This document shows positions 17,074-26,996 of a stretch of DNA of 64,000 nt, piece by piece. The first letter of the stretch is position 1. The number at the start of each line of letters is the position of its first letter. The notes under the pieces were generated by a model. It was not told where the DNA came from, did no database searches, and saw only the letters and a list, made by a program, of their open reading frames with translations. Position numbers and translations under genes: made by a program. Origin of the DNA: Gammaproteobacteria bacterium (GTDB lineage: Bacteria > Pseudomonadota > Gammaproteobacteria > JABABF01); the NCBI GenBank assembly GCA_965237805.1, contig OZ250153.1:1408001-1472000 (forward strand), written 5' to 3'.

Positions 17074-18243
17074 ATGTGGCGTGGCGCTGGAGAGAATCGA
17101 ACTCTCACTCCGTTCCCGGAACTCGATTTTGAGTCGAGCGCGTCTGCCTATTCCGCCACAGCGCCGCCGCGCCGAAATTATAGCCCTGCTGCACTTCGCC
17201 CAGAAGATTTTTCATTTTCGCTGCCGGATGCGCTGATCGCTCGCCAGCCGCTGGCGCACCGCCGCCACAGCCGCCTGATGGTCTTGGCCGGTACCGCACC
17301 GCCAGCACATCGGCTCTTTCCGGACATCCTCGGTCTGTTGCGCGAGGGCGATCTCTTGGTTGGCAATGACAGCCGCGTTGTGCCAGCCCGCCTGCTGGCT
17401 CGCCGGGACGGTGGTGCCAGCGTCGAATTACTGCTTGAGCGCATAGCCAGTGGTGGCGGGTTGGCGCGTATCCGTGCTAATCGTTCCCCGCGTCCCGGGA
17501 CGCGGCTCTGGTTGCGCTCGCCGGGCTTGTGGCCGCCGACGGCACTGCGCGTGCTGGATCGAGCTGGCGAGTTGTTCCATATCGCATGGCCGTCGGCGGT
17601 GACACCGGAGCAGCTGCTATTGCGTTATGGCCGTGTGCCGTTGCCGCCCTATTTGCGGCGCGAGGCTCAAGTGGATGATTGGGAGCGCTACCAGACCGTC
17701 TACGCACGCCATCCGGGGTCGGTCGCCGCACCGACTGCCGGGCTGCATTTCGATGCGCCGCTGTTGGAGCAGCTGCAACGGCGTGGTGTCGAGCTGGGCT
17801 GGCTCAGCTTGCACATCGGTGGTGGCACCTTCGCGCCGTTGCGCATGGCGGTCGATGGCTTGATGCCGACGCAACTGTATCCGGAGCGGGTGGCAGTGGG
17901 CGAGCGGTTGTGTGCACAAGTCGCGGCGACCCGCGCCCGCGGCGGCCGCGTCGTGGCCATTGGCACCACCGTGGCGCGAGCCTTGGAGAGTGCCTGCGTC
18001 GCGACCGGACACCCGCAGCCCCTGTCTGCAGAGACACGCCTATTCATTCGCCCCGGCTTCGAGTTTCGCTGTGTCGATGCCCTGCTGAGCAACTTTCATT
18101 TGCCTAACTCTAGTCTGCTAATGCTGGTTGCGGCCTTGGTCGGGCGCGAGCGCTTGCTGGCGGCCTACGCCGAGGCGGTGCGAGAGCGCTACCGTTTTTA
18201 CAGCTATGGCGATGCGATGCTAATTCTCGACCGTTCCCGGTGA
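17074..18243 (+). CDS. queA: S-adenosylmethionine:tRNA ribosyltransferase-isomerase (start uncertain)
   Basis: DFSFSLPDALIARQP, NDSRVVPARL, PLPPYL, YQTVYA, GSVAAPTAGLHF, NFHLPNSSL, YRFYSYGDAM; homology begins at about 17194, and the nearest upstream in-frame ATG is 17074. Confidence 0.93.
   Translation: MWRGAGENRTLTPFPELDFESSASAYSATAPPRRNYSPAALRPEDFSFSLPDALIARQPLAHRRHSRLMVLAGTAPPAHRLFPDILGLLREGDLLVGNDSRVVPARLLARRDGGASVELLLERIASGGGLARIRANRSPRPGTRLWLRSPGLWPPTALRVLDRAGELFHIAWPSAVTPEQLLLRYGRVPLPPYLRREAQVDDWERYQTVYARHPGSVAAPTAGLHFDAPLLEQLQRRGVELGWLSLHIGGGTFAPLRMAVDGLMPTQLYPERVAVGERLCAQVAATRARGGRVVAIGTTVARALESACVATGHPQPLSAETRLFIRPGFEFRCVDALLSNFHLPNSSLLMLVAALVGRERLLAAYAEAVRERYRFYSYGDAMLILDRSR
17082..17165 (-). 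tRNA. tRNA-Leu (anticodon CAA)
   Basis: Minus strand reads GGCGCTG TGGCGGAATAGGCAGACGCG CTCGA-CTCAAAA-TCGAG, long variable arm, GAGAG-TTCGATT-CTCTC CAGCGCC A; anticodon at 17129-17131; CCA not encoded directly after the discriminator. Confidence 0.95.
17166..17182 (-). promoter_or_regulatory. -10 box and GC-rich discriminator of the tRNA-Leu promoter
   Basis: TATAAT on the minus strand (17177-17182) followed by TTCGGCGCGGC just before the tRNA 5' end. Confidence 0.6.
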
Positions 18244-19361
18244 GTCTGCGTTATGAACTGCGGGCGCGCGATGGCCGCGCCCGCTTGGGACGCCTGCATT
18301 TTGCACGGGGCGTGGTCGACACGCCGGCCTTCATGCCCGTCGGCACTTATGGCGCGGTCAGGGGACTGGCACCGTCGGAGCTGTGCGATTGCGGTGTGCA
18401 GATGCTACTGTGCAATGCCTTGCACTTGATGCTGCGTCCGGGTGCCGAGCACATCGCCGCCCTCGGCGGTTTGCACCGCTTTATGGCTTGGCCAAGGCTC
18501 TTGCTCAGCGATTCTGGTGGCTATCAGCTGTTCAGTCTGCGAGACCGCTGCCGCATCGGCGAGGAGGGCGCGGTGCTGCGCTCGCCGCTGGATGGCTCCG
18601 AGCTGATGCTATCGCCCGAGCGGGCCATTGAGGTGCAGCAGGCGCTGGGTGTCGATGTGTTGATGGTGCTGGACGAATGCACGCACCAGCCTGGCGATCG
18701 TGCGGCGGCGCAGGCGGCGATGGAGCGCTCGCTACGCTGGGCGGCGCGTTGTCGGGAGGCACATGGGAGCGCACCGGGGGCACTGTTCGGCATCGTGCAA
18801 GGGGGCATTTTCCCGCAGTTGCGCAGCCGCTCATTAGCGGGTTTGGGGGATGATTTCTCCGGCTATGCCATCGGTGGCTTGGCGGTCGGCGAGGATTTTG
18901 AGCAACGCTTGGCAGTTTTGGATACGCTGTGTGGGCAGCTACCGAGCGACCGGCCACGCTACTTGATGGGGCTTGGCAAGCCTTTGGATCTGCTCGAGGC
19001 GGTGCGTCGCGGCGTCGATATGTTCGACTGCGTTTTGCCGACGCGCAACGCCCGCAACGGCCAGCTGTTCACATCGCGCGGCACGCTGAATTTGCGCAAC
19101 GCCGTCCATCGCGACCAGCTGCAAGCCCCCGACCCCGACTGTCGCTGTTATACCTGCCGTCACTTCAGCCGTGCTTATTTGCATCACCTCACACGTAGCA
19201 GGGAGCTGCTCGGCGCTCGGCTCAATAGTTTGCACAATGTGTACTATTATCAGCAGTTGATGCACCGCTTGCGGTGCGCTATCGCCGCCGGTACGCTGGA
19301 GCGTTGCATCGCCAGCTGTATTGCCGGATGGCAACGAGGGGAGAAGGCTTGTACAAGCTGA
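18240..19361 (+). CDS. tgt: tRNA-guanine transglycosylase
   Basis: TPAFMPVGT, DSGGYQ, FGIVQGG, PRYLMG, DMFDCVLPTRNARNG, Zn-binding CRCYTC...H. Confidence 0.97.
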   Translation: MSLRYELRARDGRARLGRLHFARGVVDTPAFMPVGTYGAVRGLAPSELCDCGVQMLLCNALHLMLRPGAEHIAALGGLHRFMAWPRLLLSDSGGYQLFSLRDRCRIGEEGAVLRSPLDGSELMLSPERAIEVQQALGVDVLMVLDECTHQPGDRAAAQAAMERSLRWAARCREAHGSAPGALFGIVQGGIFPQLRSRSLAGLGDDFSGYAIGGLAVGEDFEQRLAVLDTLCGQLPSDRPRYLMGLGKPLDLLEAVRRGVDMFDCVLPTRNARNGQLFTSRGTLNLRNAVHRDQLQAPDPDCRCYTCRHFSRAYLHHLTRSRELLGARLNSLHNVYYYQQLMHRLRCAIAAGTLERCIASCIAGWQRGEKACTS

Positions 19362-19669
19362 GTTTCTATGTGCCGTCCAGTCATGTGGAAGTGGTGAAAG
19401 CGGCCGTATTTCAGAGCGGTGCCGGGCGTATTGGAGCCTACGACAGCTGCTCGTGGCAGACGCTGGGTGAGGGACAATTCCGCCCGTTGGATGGTAGCGC
19501 GCCCTATTTGGGGCAACACGGCGCATTACAGCGCGTGCCCGAGTACAAGGTGGAACTGTTGTGCGCGCCAGAGTGTTTGGCGGCAGCAGTGGAGGCACTG
19601 CGTGCTGCGCATCCGTACGAAGAGCCTGCTTTTGATATCTGGCGTCTTGAAAATGCCCCGTCAGGCTGA
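19349..19669 (+). CDS. YqfO/NIF3-related PII-like small protein
   Basis: YKLSFYVP, GAGRIGAYDSCSW, GQFRP, AHPYEEPAFD; TTG start after GGGGAG. Confidence 0.88.
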   Translation: MYKLSFYVPSSHVEVVKAAVFQSGAGRIGAYDSCSWQTLGEGQFRPLDGSAPYLGQHGALQRVPEYKVELLCAPECLAAAVEALRAAHPYEEPAFDIWRLENAPSG

Positions 19670-20282
19670 GCTGGCAGTCGGTGATGACCCGGTCATCACC
19701 GCTTTGCGCTTTCGTTTCGGGGCGCGGAAATGGCGCGTTGATGGTGCTGAGGCGACCGCTGTGCTGTTGGCGGTGACCGAGGGGCGACGTCCGTCGGAGA
19801 TGATATTGACACGGCGTGCCGATCATCTGAGCCAGCACCCTGGCGAGGTGGCTTTTCCCGGCGGCTGGCGCGAACCCGAGGACGCGACGCTACTCGACAC
19901 GGCCTTGCGCGAGACCTCAGAGGAGCTCGGTGTGCCGCCAGAGCGGGTGACTACGCTGGGACGGTTGCCGATGGCGTACACCCGTCGTACGGTGGCGGTG
20001 GCCTGCTTTGTCGGCATCGTGCCGGAGTCTACCGAACTGGTGGTGAACCGCTCGGAGCTGTCGTCAGTTTTCCGCGTGCCGCTCGCTTTTTTCTGCCAAG
20101 ACAATCTGTTGGCCGACGATTTTGAGCGTCGGGGGCAGCGCCTTTTGGTGCCGCGTTTTGAGTTCGAAGGCTACGATATCTGGGGATTGACCGCGAGCTT
20201 GATCGCTTCTTTTTGCGCTATCGGCATGGATTGCCCGCTGGATCTGGAACGTGTGCCCGATTTGGGTGTGCGCCGGCACTGA
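19653..20282 (+). CDS. Nudix CoA pyrophosphatase (NudL-like)
   Basis: LTRRADHLSQHPGEVAFPGG, TALRETSEELG, IWGLTA. Confidence 0.9.
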   Translation: MPRQAELAVGDDPVITALRFRFGARKWRVDGAEATAVLLAVTEGRRPSEMILTRRADHLSQHPGEVAFPGGWREPEDATLLDTALRETSEELGVPPERVTTLGRLPMAYTRRTVAVACFVGIVPESTELVVNRSELSSVFRVPLAFFCQDNLLADDFERRGQRLLVPRFEFEGYDIWGLTASLIASFCAIGMDCPLDLERVPDLGVRRH

Positions 20283-21013
20283 TGGCCGAGCGGCGCCACA
20301 CGCTGGCTGAATTGATCGGGGTCATCGCCCGTTTTCGCGACCCGAAGCGGGGGTGCCCGTGGGACTTGCAGCAGGATTGCCACTCCATCGTGCCGCACAC
20401 GCTGGAGGAGGTCGCCGAGCTGGTCGATGCCATTGATGCGCAGGACTATGACAATATCCGCGAGGAGCTGGGAGATGTGTTGTTGCAAGTGGTGTTCTAC
20501 ACCCGTTTCGCTGAGGAGGCGGGACGCTTCGACTTCGACGATGTGGTACACGATCTGGTGCTGAAGCTGGTGCGCCGCCACCCGCATATCTATCCCGATG
20601 GGCGGCTCGACGACAGTGTCGAGCCGCCCGCGTCCCAAGCGGCGGTTGGGGCAGACGGGTCGTCGACGCTGGATGCGGCCGGGGTGCGCGAGCGCTGGGA
20701 GCAGATCAAGCGCTCGGAGCGCGGCGACGCGGGCAAGGTCAAGGGCGAGGATGGCATGCCGCTCGAGCTGGCAGCCCTGCGCCGCGCTTGGAAGCTGCAA
20801 AAGATTTGGAGCAGGCGCGGCTGGCAGAGCCCGAACCGCGATGCCGCCGCAGCTGAGCTGCGGCGTGCATTGGAGGCTTTGGAGAGTGGCGTCGAGTCGC
20901 CAGATCAAGTTTTGGGTGAGCTGCTGTTCAACGCCGTGCATTTGGCGCGGCTCTTGGAGGTGGAGCCCGAGCGGGCCTTGCGAGCCGCTTGTGTCAGATT
21001 TGTGTCGGACTAG
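20282..21013 (+). CDS. mazG: Nucleoside triphosphate pyrophosphohydrolase MazG
   Basis: RDPKRGCPWD, EEVAELVDAI, EELGDVLLQVVF, KLVRRHPHI, WEQIK; second domain degenerate. Confidence 0.9.
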   Translation: MAERRHTLAELIGVIARFRDPKRGCPWDLQQDCHSIVPHTLEEVAELVDAIDAQDYDNIREELGDVLLQVVFYTRFAEEAGRFDFDDVVHDLVLKLVRRHPHIYPDGRLDDSVEPPASQAAVGADGSSTLDAAGVRERWEQIKRSERGDAGKVKGEDGMPLELAALRRAWKLQKIWSRRGWQSPNRDAAAAELRRALEALESGVESPDQVLGELLFNAVHLARLLEVEPERALRAACVRFVSD

Positions 21014-21058
21014 GGTGTGGGCATCATGGGAGAGCTGAGGCTGATCCCCCGTTGCGCA

Positions 21059-22696
21059 CTATTGTTGGATCAGCGCCGCACAATTTTTTGGGTCGATGCG
21101 CTGCAATAGGGGTTGGAATGGTGCCAGCTGGCGCTCGCCCATGCGCCTGTCTCGTGCTGCCCAGTCCAGCGTCTCAGCGAGCAAGGTTTCGCTACGTGCT
21201 GTCAGTGATGGCACCACCGGTTTGAGGTACAGCGACAGCAGGCGGAATAGCTCGAGGGCGGTGGTGCACTGGGAGCGCAGTGCGGGGTCGTCTGGTGATT
21301 TGCGCGCCAGCTCCCATGGCTTGTGCCGGTCGACGAAGCGGTTGGCATCGTCGGCTAGCCGCATGATTTCGCGCATGGCACGGGAGTAGCGGCGTGCCTC
21401 GTAGTGTCCTGCGATGCTCTCGCCCGCGGCGACGCATGCATCGATTAGGGCGGGTTCTGCCAGCGTGGTGCTGGTGCGTCGATCGCAGTGGCGCTCGAGT
21501 AACTGCGCTGCGCGACTGGCCAAATTGACTAATTTGCCGATCAAGTCGGCGTTGACGCGTTGCGTGAAGTCTGCCAGCTCGAGATCGATATCCTCCACTT
21601 CGGCACCGAGCCTGGCGGCGAAGTAGTATCGCAGATAGTCGGCATCCAGCCGTTTCAGATAGTCGCTGGCCAGCAGGAAAGTGCCGCGCGACTTCGACAT
21701 TTTTTTACCATTGACGCCGAGGAAGCCGTGCACATGCAGGGAGGTGGGGCAGCGGTGGCCGGTGGCCTCCAGCAGCGCTGGCCAGAACAGGCCGTGGAAA
21801 TTGATGATGTCTTTGCCGATGAAATGATGCAGTTCGGTGTCGGCCCCCGCTGCCCAATAGTCGTCAAATATGCGCTTAGACTCTTCGCAATAGCGTTGGC
21901 AGCTGGCCATATAGCCGATTGGAGCATCCAGCCACACATAGAAATACTTGCCCGGCGCGTCCGGGATTTCGAAGCCGAAATAGGGCGCGTCTCGGCTGAT
22001 ATCCCACTCGCGCAGGCCAGCATCTAGCCACTCCCTGAGTTTGCCCGCCACCGGCTTCTGCAAGTGGCCAGCATCCACCCATTTGCGCAGTGAATCGGCG
22101 AATTGGGGTAGGCGGAAGAACAGATGGCGCGAGCTTTTGCGCGTCGGCTCGGCACCGGACAGTGCCGAGCGTGGGCGACGCAGCTCCGCAGGCGCGTAGT
22201 GTGCTCCGCAGCTCTCGCAGTGATCGCCGTACTGATCCTCTGCCCCGCAACGTGGGCAGTCTCCGCGGATCAGGCGGTCTGCCAAGAATAGCTTGCGCTC
22301 CGGGTCGTAGGCCTGCACGATGTCGCGCTCGGCGATATGCCCGCCCGCTCGACACAGCTGGTAGATACGCTCGGAGTGGTGGCGGTTTTCCTCGCTGTGG
22401 GTCGTGTGGTAGCAGTCGAAATGGATGCCGAAACCCTGCAGATCCGCGAGATGTTCGTGGTACATCCGTGCGATCATCTCTTCGGGCGTTTGCCCCTGCG
22501 CCTCGGCGCTGAGCATGATGGCGGTGCCGTGGGCGTCGTCGGCACAGAGATAGATGCAATCGTGTCCCCGCAGACGTTGGAATCGTGCCCAGATATCTGC
22601 TTGGATGCCCTCCAAGATATGCCCCAAGTGCAAGGGACCGTTGGCGTAGGGCAGGGCGCTGGTGACGAGTATTCGGCGCTCGGGGGTTTGGCTCAC
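21059..22696 (-). CDS. metG: Methionine--tRNA ligase (short form, no C-terminal tRNA-binding domain)
   Basis: SALPYANGPLHLGH, CADDAHG, WDISRDAPYFGF, YVWLDAPIGY, KMSKS. Confidence 0.97.
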   Translation of the reverse strand: MSQTPERRILVTSALPYANGPLHLGHILEGIQADIWARFQRLRGHDCIYLCADDAHGTAIMLSAEAQGQTPEEMIARMYHEHLADLQGFGIHFDCYHTTHSEENRHHSERIYQLCRAGGHIAERDIVQAYDPERKLFLADRLIRGDCPRCGAEDQYGDHCESCGAHYAPAELRRPRSALSGAEPTRKSSRHLFFRLPQFADSLRKWVDAGHLQKPVAGKLREWLDAGLREWDISRDAPYFGFEIPDAPGKYFYVWLDAPIGYMASCQRYCEESKRIFDDYWAAGADTELHHFIGKDIINFHGLFWPALLEATGHRCPTSLHVHGFLGVNGKKMSKSRGTFLLASDYLKRLDADYLRYYFAARLGAEVEDIDLELADFTQRVNADLIGKLVNLASRAAQLLERHCDRRTSTTLAEPALIDACVAAGESIAGHYEARRYSRAMREIMRLADDANRFVDRHKPWELARKSPDDPALRSQCTTALELFRLLSLYLKPVVPSLTARSETLLAETLDWAARDRRMGERQLAPFQPLLQRIDPKNCAALIQQ

Positions 22697-22821
22697 GGTC
22701 TTGTGGGGGATGGCGAATGAAACTCAGGCGCGACATTTCATGGTAGCGCATCGTCCCGTGCCAAGCCTTGGGCAGGTAGAATTAAAGATGCCCATTATCG
22801 ATATCGTCCACGGGAGCAAAA

Positions 22822-24087
22822 GTGTTTTCATCCAATCGAGACATTAGTGCGGTCGACCCTGAGTTGGCTGCGGCCATCGCGGCTGAGCGGCAGCGTCAAG
22901 AGCTGCATATCGAGCTGATCGCCGCGGAGAACTACACCAGCCCCCTAGTGCTTGAGGCCCAAGGATCGGTGCTGACCAACAAATATGCGGAGGGTTACCC
23001 CGGGCGTCGCTACTACGGCGGTTGCGAGCATGTGGATGTCGCCGAATCGCTGGCGATCAGCCGCGCTTGCGAGCTATTCGGTGCAGGCTATGCCAATGTG
23101 CAACCGCATTCTGGTTCGCAGGCTAATGCGGCCGCCTATATGGCGCTGTTGTCTCCCGGCGACACCTTGCTCGGCATGTCGCTTAGCGATGGCGGGCATC
23201 TGAGCCATGGTGCGACGCCGAATTTCTCCGGCAAGCTGTACCGTGCGGTGCAATATGGCCTAGACGCCGACGGTGCCGAAATCGATTATGGGCAAGTGCG
23301 TGATTTGGCGAAGCAGCATCGCCCGCAGCTGATCGTCGCGGGGTTTTCCGCCTATTCTCGGATCGTGGACTGGCAATGCTTCCGCGAGATCGCCGACGAG
23401 GTCGGTGCCCGGCTCTTGGTCGATATGGCCCATGTGGCTGGCTTGGTGGCAGCCGGGCTGTATCCCAATCCGGTGCCGGTGGCAGATGTGGTCACCACCA
23501 CCACGCACAAGACCTTGCGCGGCCCGCGCGGCGGTTTGATTTTGACGCGAGGCGGTGACGACGAGCTGGAGCGCCGCCTCAACTCGGCGGTTTTCCCCGG
23601 CAGCCAAGGCGGGCCGCTGATGCATGTCATTGCGGCCAAGGCAGTGTGCCTGTTGGAGGCTGCTGGCGACGATTTTCGAGCCATGCAGGGTCGGGTGCGC
23701 GACAATGCTCGCGCCATGGCGGTGCGCGTTCAGCAGCGCGGTTACGAGGTGGTCAGCGGCGGCACCGACAACCACTTGTTCCTGCTGAGTCTGATCGGTC
23801 GCGAACTGAGTGGCAAGGATGCCGAATCGCTGTTGGGTCGTGCACATATCACGCTCAACAAGAATATGGTTCCCGGCGACACGCGTACGCCTTTTGTCAC
23901 CAGCGGTCTGCGCCTCGGCACGCCAGCGGCGACCACGCGCGGTTTTGGCATCGCCGAAATCGAGCAGGTGGCCGATTGGGTCTGCGATGTATTGGATGCT
24001 GGCGACAACGCTGCCGTCATCGAAGCGCTGCGTTTGCAGGTGATTGAGCTGTGCCGCCTACACCCGGTCTACACCGACGGAGTCTGA
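22822..24087 (+). CDS. glyA: Serine hydroxymethyltransferase
   Basis: [48 protein letters not shown]. Confidence 0.98.
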   Translation: MFSSNRDISAVDPELAAAIAAERQRQELHIELIAAENYTSPLVLEAQGSVLTNKYAEGYPGRRYYGGCEHVDVAESLAISRACELFGAGYANVQPHSGSQANAAAYMALLSPGDTLLGMSLSDGGHLSHGATPNFSGKLYRAVQYGLDADGAEIDYGQVRDLAKQHRPQLIVAGFSAYSRIVDWQCFREIADEVGARLLVDMAHVAGLVAAGLYPNPVPVADVVTTTTHKTLRGPRGGLILTRGGDDELERRLNSAVFPGSQGGPLMHVIAAKAVCLLEAAGDDFRAMQGRVRDNARAMAVRVQQRGYEVVSGGTDNHLFLLSLIGRELSGKDAESLLGRAHITLNKNMVPGDTRTPFVTSGLRLGTPAATTRGFGIAEIEQVADWVCDVLDAGDNAAVIEALRLQVIELCRLHPVYTDGV

Positions 24088-25232
24088 TGGCCACATCCCC
24101 CGTTTCCCAAGCCGATCGGTGCCACATGGAACAGGCGATCAGCTGTGCCCGCAACGGTTTTTATACCACCATGCCCAATCCACGCGTCGGCTGTGTGCTG
24201 GTGCGCGATGGCAGTGTCATCGGCCGCGGCTGGCATCGCTATGCTGGCGGCGCACATGCGGAGGTGGCCGCCTTGGCCGAGGCCGGTGTGGCGGCACGCG
24301 GTGCCACGGCCTATGTCAGCTTGGAGCCCTGCTCCCTCCACGGCCGCACGCCGCCCTGCTGTGATGAGCTGATCCGCGCCGGGCTGAGCCGCGTGGTGGT
24401 GGCGCTGCGCGACCCCGGCGACAGCCAAGATGGCCAGGGCATCGAGTGTCTGCGTGCCGCTGGCATTGAGGTTGTGGAGGGCTTGATGGCCAGCGAGAGC
24501 CGCGCCCTGAACGAGGGCTTCGTCAAACGCTCCGTACACGGTCTGCCGCTGTTGCGTTGCAAACTGGCGATGAGCGTGGATGGGCGCACGGCGATGGCTT
24601 CTGGCGAGAGCCGCTGGATTAGTGGCGATGCCGCCCGCGCCGAAGTACAGCACTTGCGGGCTAGTTCCTGCGCGCTGCTGAGCGGTGTTGGCACCGTGCT
24701 GGCCGACGATCCAGCGCTGCGCCTGCGGTCGGAGTTGTGGTGCCCGCAGCCTGGCTATCCGAGCGAATTACCCGATCGGGAGCTGTTGCGAGTGGTCTTG
24801 GATTCCCGGCTGCGCACCCCCCCGACGGCACGGCTATTCGCCACCAGCGGCGAGACCATCGTGATCACGGCGGCGGATGTGGACAGCGAGGAGGGGCGGC
24901 GGTTGCGCGAGTGCGGTGCCGTGTTGCAGCGTTGTGCGGCGACCGATGGGCGTGTCGATTTAGAGGCTGCGTTGCGCTGGCTGGCGGTGGAGCGCCAGTG
25001 CAACGATGTGCTGCTCGAGGCCGGACCGACGCTGGCCGCCGCCTTGCTCACTGCCGCTTTGGTCGATCGCCTGTCGATCTATATGGCGCCTATGTTGCTC
25101 GGTGCCACCGCGCGTCCGCTGTTCGATCTGCGCCTGGAGCAGCTGGCGGAGAATTTGCCCCTACACATCGAAGAGCTGCGTCCGGTGGGCCGGGATTGGT
25201 GCATCGAAGCGCGTCCGGTGGTAGCGGATTGA
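24087..25232 (+). CDS. ribD: Riboflavin biosynthesis deaminase/reductase
   Basis: PNPRVGCV, HAEV, LEPCS..GRTPPC, KLAMSVDGRTA, SRWIS, EAGPTL. Confidence 0.96.
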   Translation: MATSPVSQADRCHMEQAISCARNGFYTTMPNPRVGCVLVRDGSVIGRGWHRYAGGAHAEVAALAEAGVAARGATAYVSLEPCSLHGRTPPCCDELIRAGLSRVVVALRDPGDSQDGQGIECLRAAGIEVVEGLMASESRALNEGFVKRSVHGLPLLRCKLAMSVDGRTAMASGESRWISGDAARAEVQHLRASSCALLSGVGTVLADDPALRLRSELWCPQPGYPSELPDRELLRVVLDSRLRTPPTARLFATSGETIVITAADVDSEEGRRLRECGAVLQRCAATDGRVDLEAALRWLAVERQCNDVLLEAGPTLAAALLTAALVDRLSIYMAPMLLGATARPLFDLRLEQLAENLPLHIEELRPVGRDWCIEARPVVAD

Positions 25233-25855
25233 TGTTTACCGGTCTGGTGCGTGCCACTGGCGAAGTCGTCGAGCTGCGCGGCACTGAGGCGGATCATCGC
25301 TTGCGCATCCGCTGCGATGGTGACTGGCTCTCGCGGGTTCAGATCGGTGACAGCATCGCCGTCAACGGCGTCTGCCTGACGGTGGCGCTCCGCTCTGCGA
25401 CCTCCTTTGTGGTTGATCTCTCTACTGAGACCCTGTCCCGCACTGCGCTGGCACAAGTACAAGTGGGAGGGCACCTGAACTTAGAGCCCTCTCTGTCGGT
25501 CGATGATCTGCTCGGCGGCCATCTGCTCAGCGGCCATGTCGACGGTGTTGGCGAGCTGCTGGAGATGTCCCCCGTCGGGCGTAGCCAGCGTTGCATCATT
25601 CGTGCACCACAGTCGCTGATGCGTTACATTGCTGAAAAAGGTGCCATTGCCGTGGACGGTGCCAGCCTCACAGTCAACGCCTTGGGGGCTGATCATTTTG
25701 TGGTAGACATCATCCCCCATACTTTGCAGTCCACGCTGTTTGGCAGCTATCGTCCCGGGGTGAGGGTCAATCTGGAAGTGGATATGATTGCACGTCATAT
25801 TGAGCGCTTGCTGATCGCCAGCGGTCGTTTGCCAGAGCCGCCGCCGGCATCCTAG
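25232..25855 (+). CDS. ribE: Riboflavin synthase
   Basis: MFTGLV, GDSIAVNGVCLT, GGHLLSGHVD, IIPHT, VNLEVD. Confidence 0.96.
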   Translation: MFTGLVRATGEVVELRGTEADHRLRIRCDGDWLSRVQIGDSIAVNGVCLTVALRSATSFVVDLSTETLSRTALAQVQVGGHLNLEPSLSVDDLLGGHLLSGHVDGVGELLEMSPVGRSQRCIIRAPQSLMRYIAEKGAIAVDGASLTVNALGADHFVVDIIPHTLQSTLFGSYRPGVRVNLEVDMIARHIERLLIASGRLPEPPPAS

Positions 25856-25865
25856 TAGTAGAGCT

Positions 25866-26996
25866 GTGTCCGCCGATAGTATCCACGAGCTGGTCGAAGC
25901 GCTGCGGCAGGGGCAGATGGTTGTGCTCGCGGACGATGAAAACCGCGAGAATGAAGGTGACTTGGTGGCGGTGGCCGAGCAGATCAGCACCGAGCAGATC
26001 AATTTCATGGCTACTCAGGCACGCGGTTTGATCTGCCTGACGCTGAGCGCCGAGCGTTGCCGCCGCCTCGAACTGCCGTTGATGGTCAATCGTAGCGGCG
26101 CACCGCAGCAGACCAACTTTACGGTTTCCATCGATGCGGCGCACGGCATCAGCACGGGCATCTCTGCCGCCGACCGCGCCCATACCGCACGCACGGCCGT
26201 TGCTGCCGATGCCGCCCCCGCGGACTTGGTGCAACCGGGGCACATTTTTCCACTGCGTGTTGAACCGGGTGGTGTGCTGACCCGTGCCGGGCACACCGAG
26301 GCTGGCTCGGATCTGGCGGCGCTGGCGGGAGCCGAGCCAGCCTCGGTGATCGTCGAGATCATGAACGAGGATGGCAGCATGGCGCGCTATCCCGATCTAC
26401 AGCGTTTCGCGGCGCGCCACGAGCTGCGTTTGGGCACCATCGCCGATCTGATTCATTACCGCTCCCTACACGAGCAGACGGTCTCGTCCATCGCCACCAA
26501 AGTGGTATCGAGTCGCTGGGGGGAGTTGGTCTTGCATGTGTTCCGGGATGCGGCGCGCGGCAATCTGCACTTCGCTCTGGTGCGCGGGAAGATCGACTCG
26601 GAGCAGGCGGTCTTGGTGCGGGTACAACTGCCCTCGCTACTCGGCGATCTGCTCGATTTGACCAGTGATCCGAGCCGTGCCAGTGGCTGGAATGTGCCGC
26701 GTGCTCTGCACCGTATCGCCGCCGAGGGCGGCGTTTTGATCCTGCTGGGCGGCACTGGTAGTGAGGATGCTTTACCGCCTGATCTGCAACATATTCTGCG
26801 TGACGGTCGTGATGCCCCGGCAATCGGTGCCAGCGAGTTGTCGCTGCGGGTCGGGGTGGGGGCGCAGATGCTGCGCCAACTGGGGGTGCGCAAGATGCGC
26901 TTGCTGGCGCGTCCGGCTCCCTATACCATTGCGGGCTTTGATCTGGAAGTGACCGAGTACCTGTCCTATGAGGGCAATGGCATGGGACAGCCATGA
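25866..26996 (+). CDS. ribB: 3,4-dihydroxy-2-butanone-4-phosphate synthase fused to degenerate GTP cyclohydrolase II domain (RibBX type)
   Basis: DDENRENEGDL, FTVSID, TGISAADR, PGHIFPL, RAGHTE; C-terminal domain has GVGAQML but lacks the Zn cysteines. Confidence 0.93.
   Translation: MSADSIHELVEALRQGQMVVLADDENRENEGDLVAVAEQISTEQINFMATQARGLICLTLSAERCRRLELPLMVNRSGAPQQTNFTVSIDAAHGISTGISAADRAHTARTAVAADAAPADLVQPGHIFPLRVEPGGVLTRAGHTEAGSDLAALAGAEPASVIVEIMNEDGSMARYPDLQRFAARHELRLGTIADLIHYRSLHEQTVSSIATKVVSSRWGELVLHVFRDAARGNLHFALVRGKIDSEQAVLVRVQLPSLLGDLLDLTSDPSRASGWNVPRALHRIAAEGGVLILLGGTGSEDALPPDLQHILRDGRDAPAIGASELSLRVGVGAQMLRQLGVRKMRLLARPAPYTIAGFDLEVTEYLSYEGNGMGQP

Noticed and set aside
12142-17082. Motor operon as an island integrated at the tRNA-Leu 3' end
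   Set aside because: No integrase, no duplicated tRNA 3' end found by eye, composition like the core genes, and the first gene overlaps the trpS stop.
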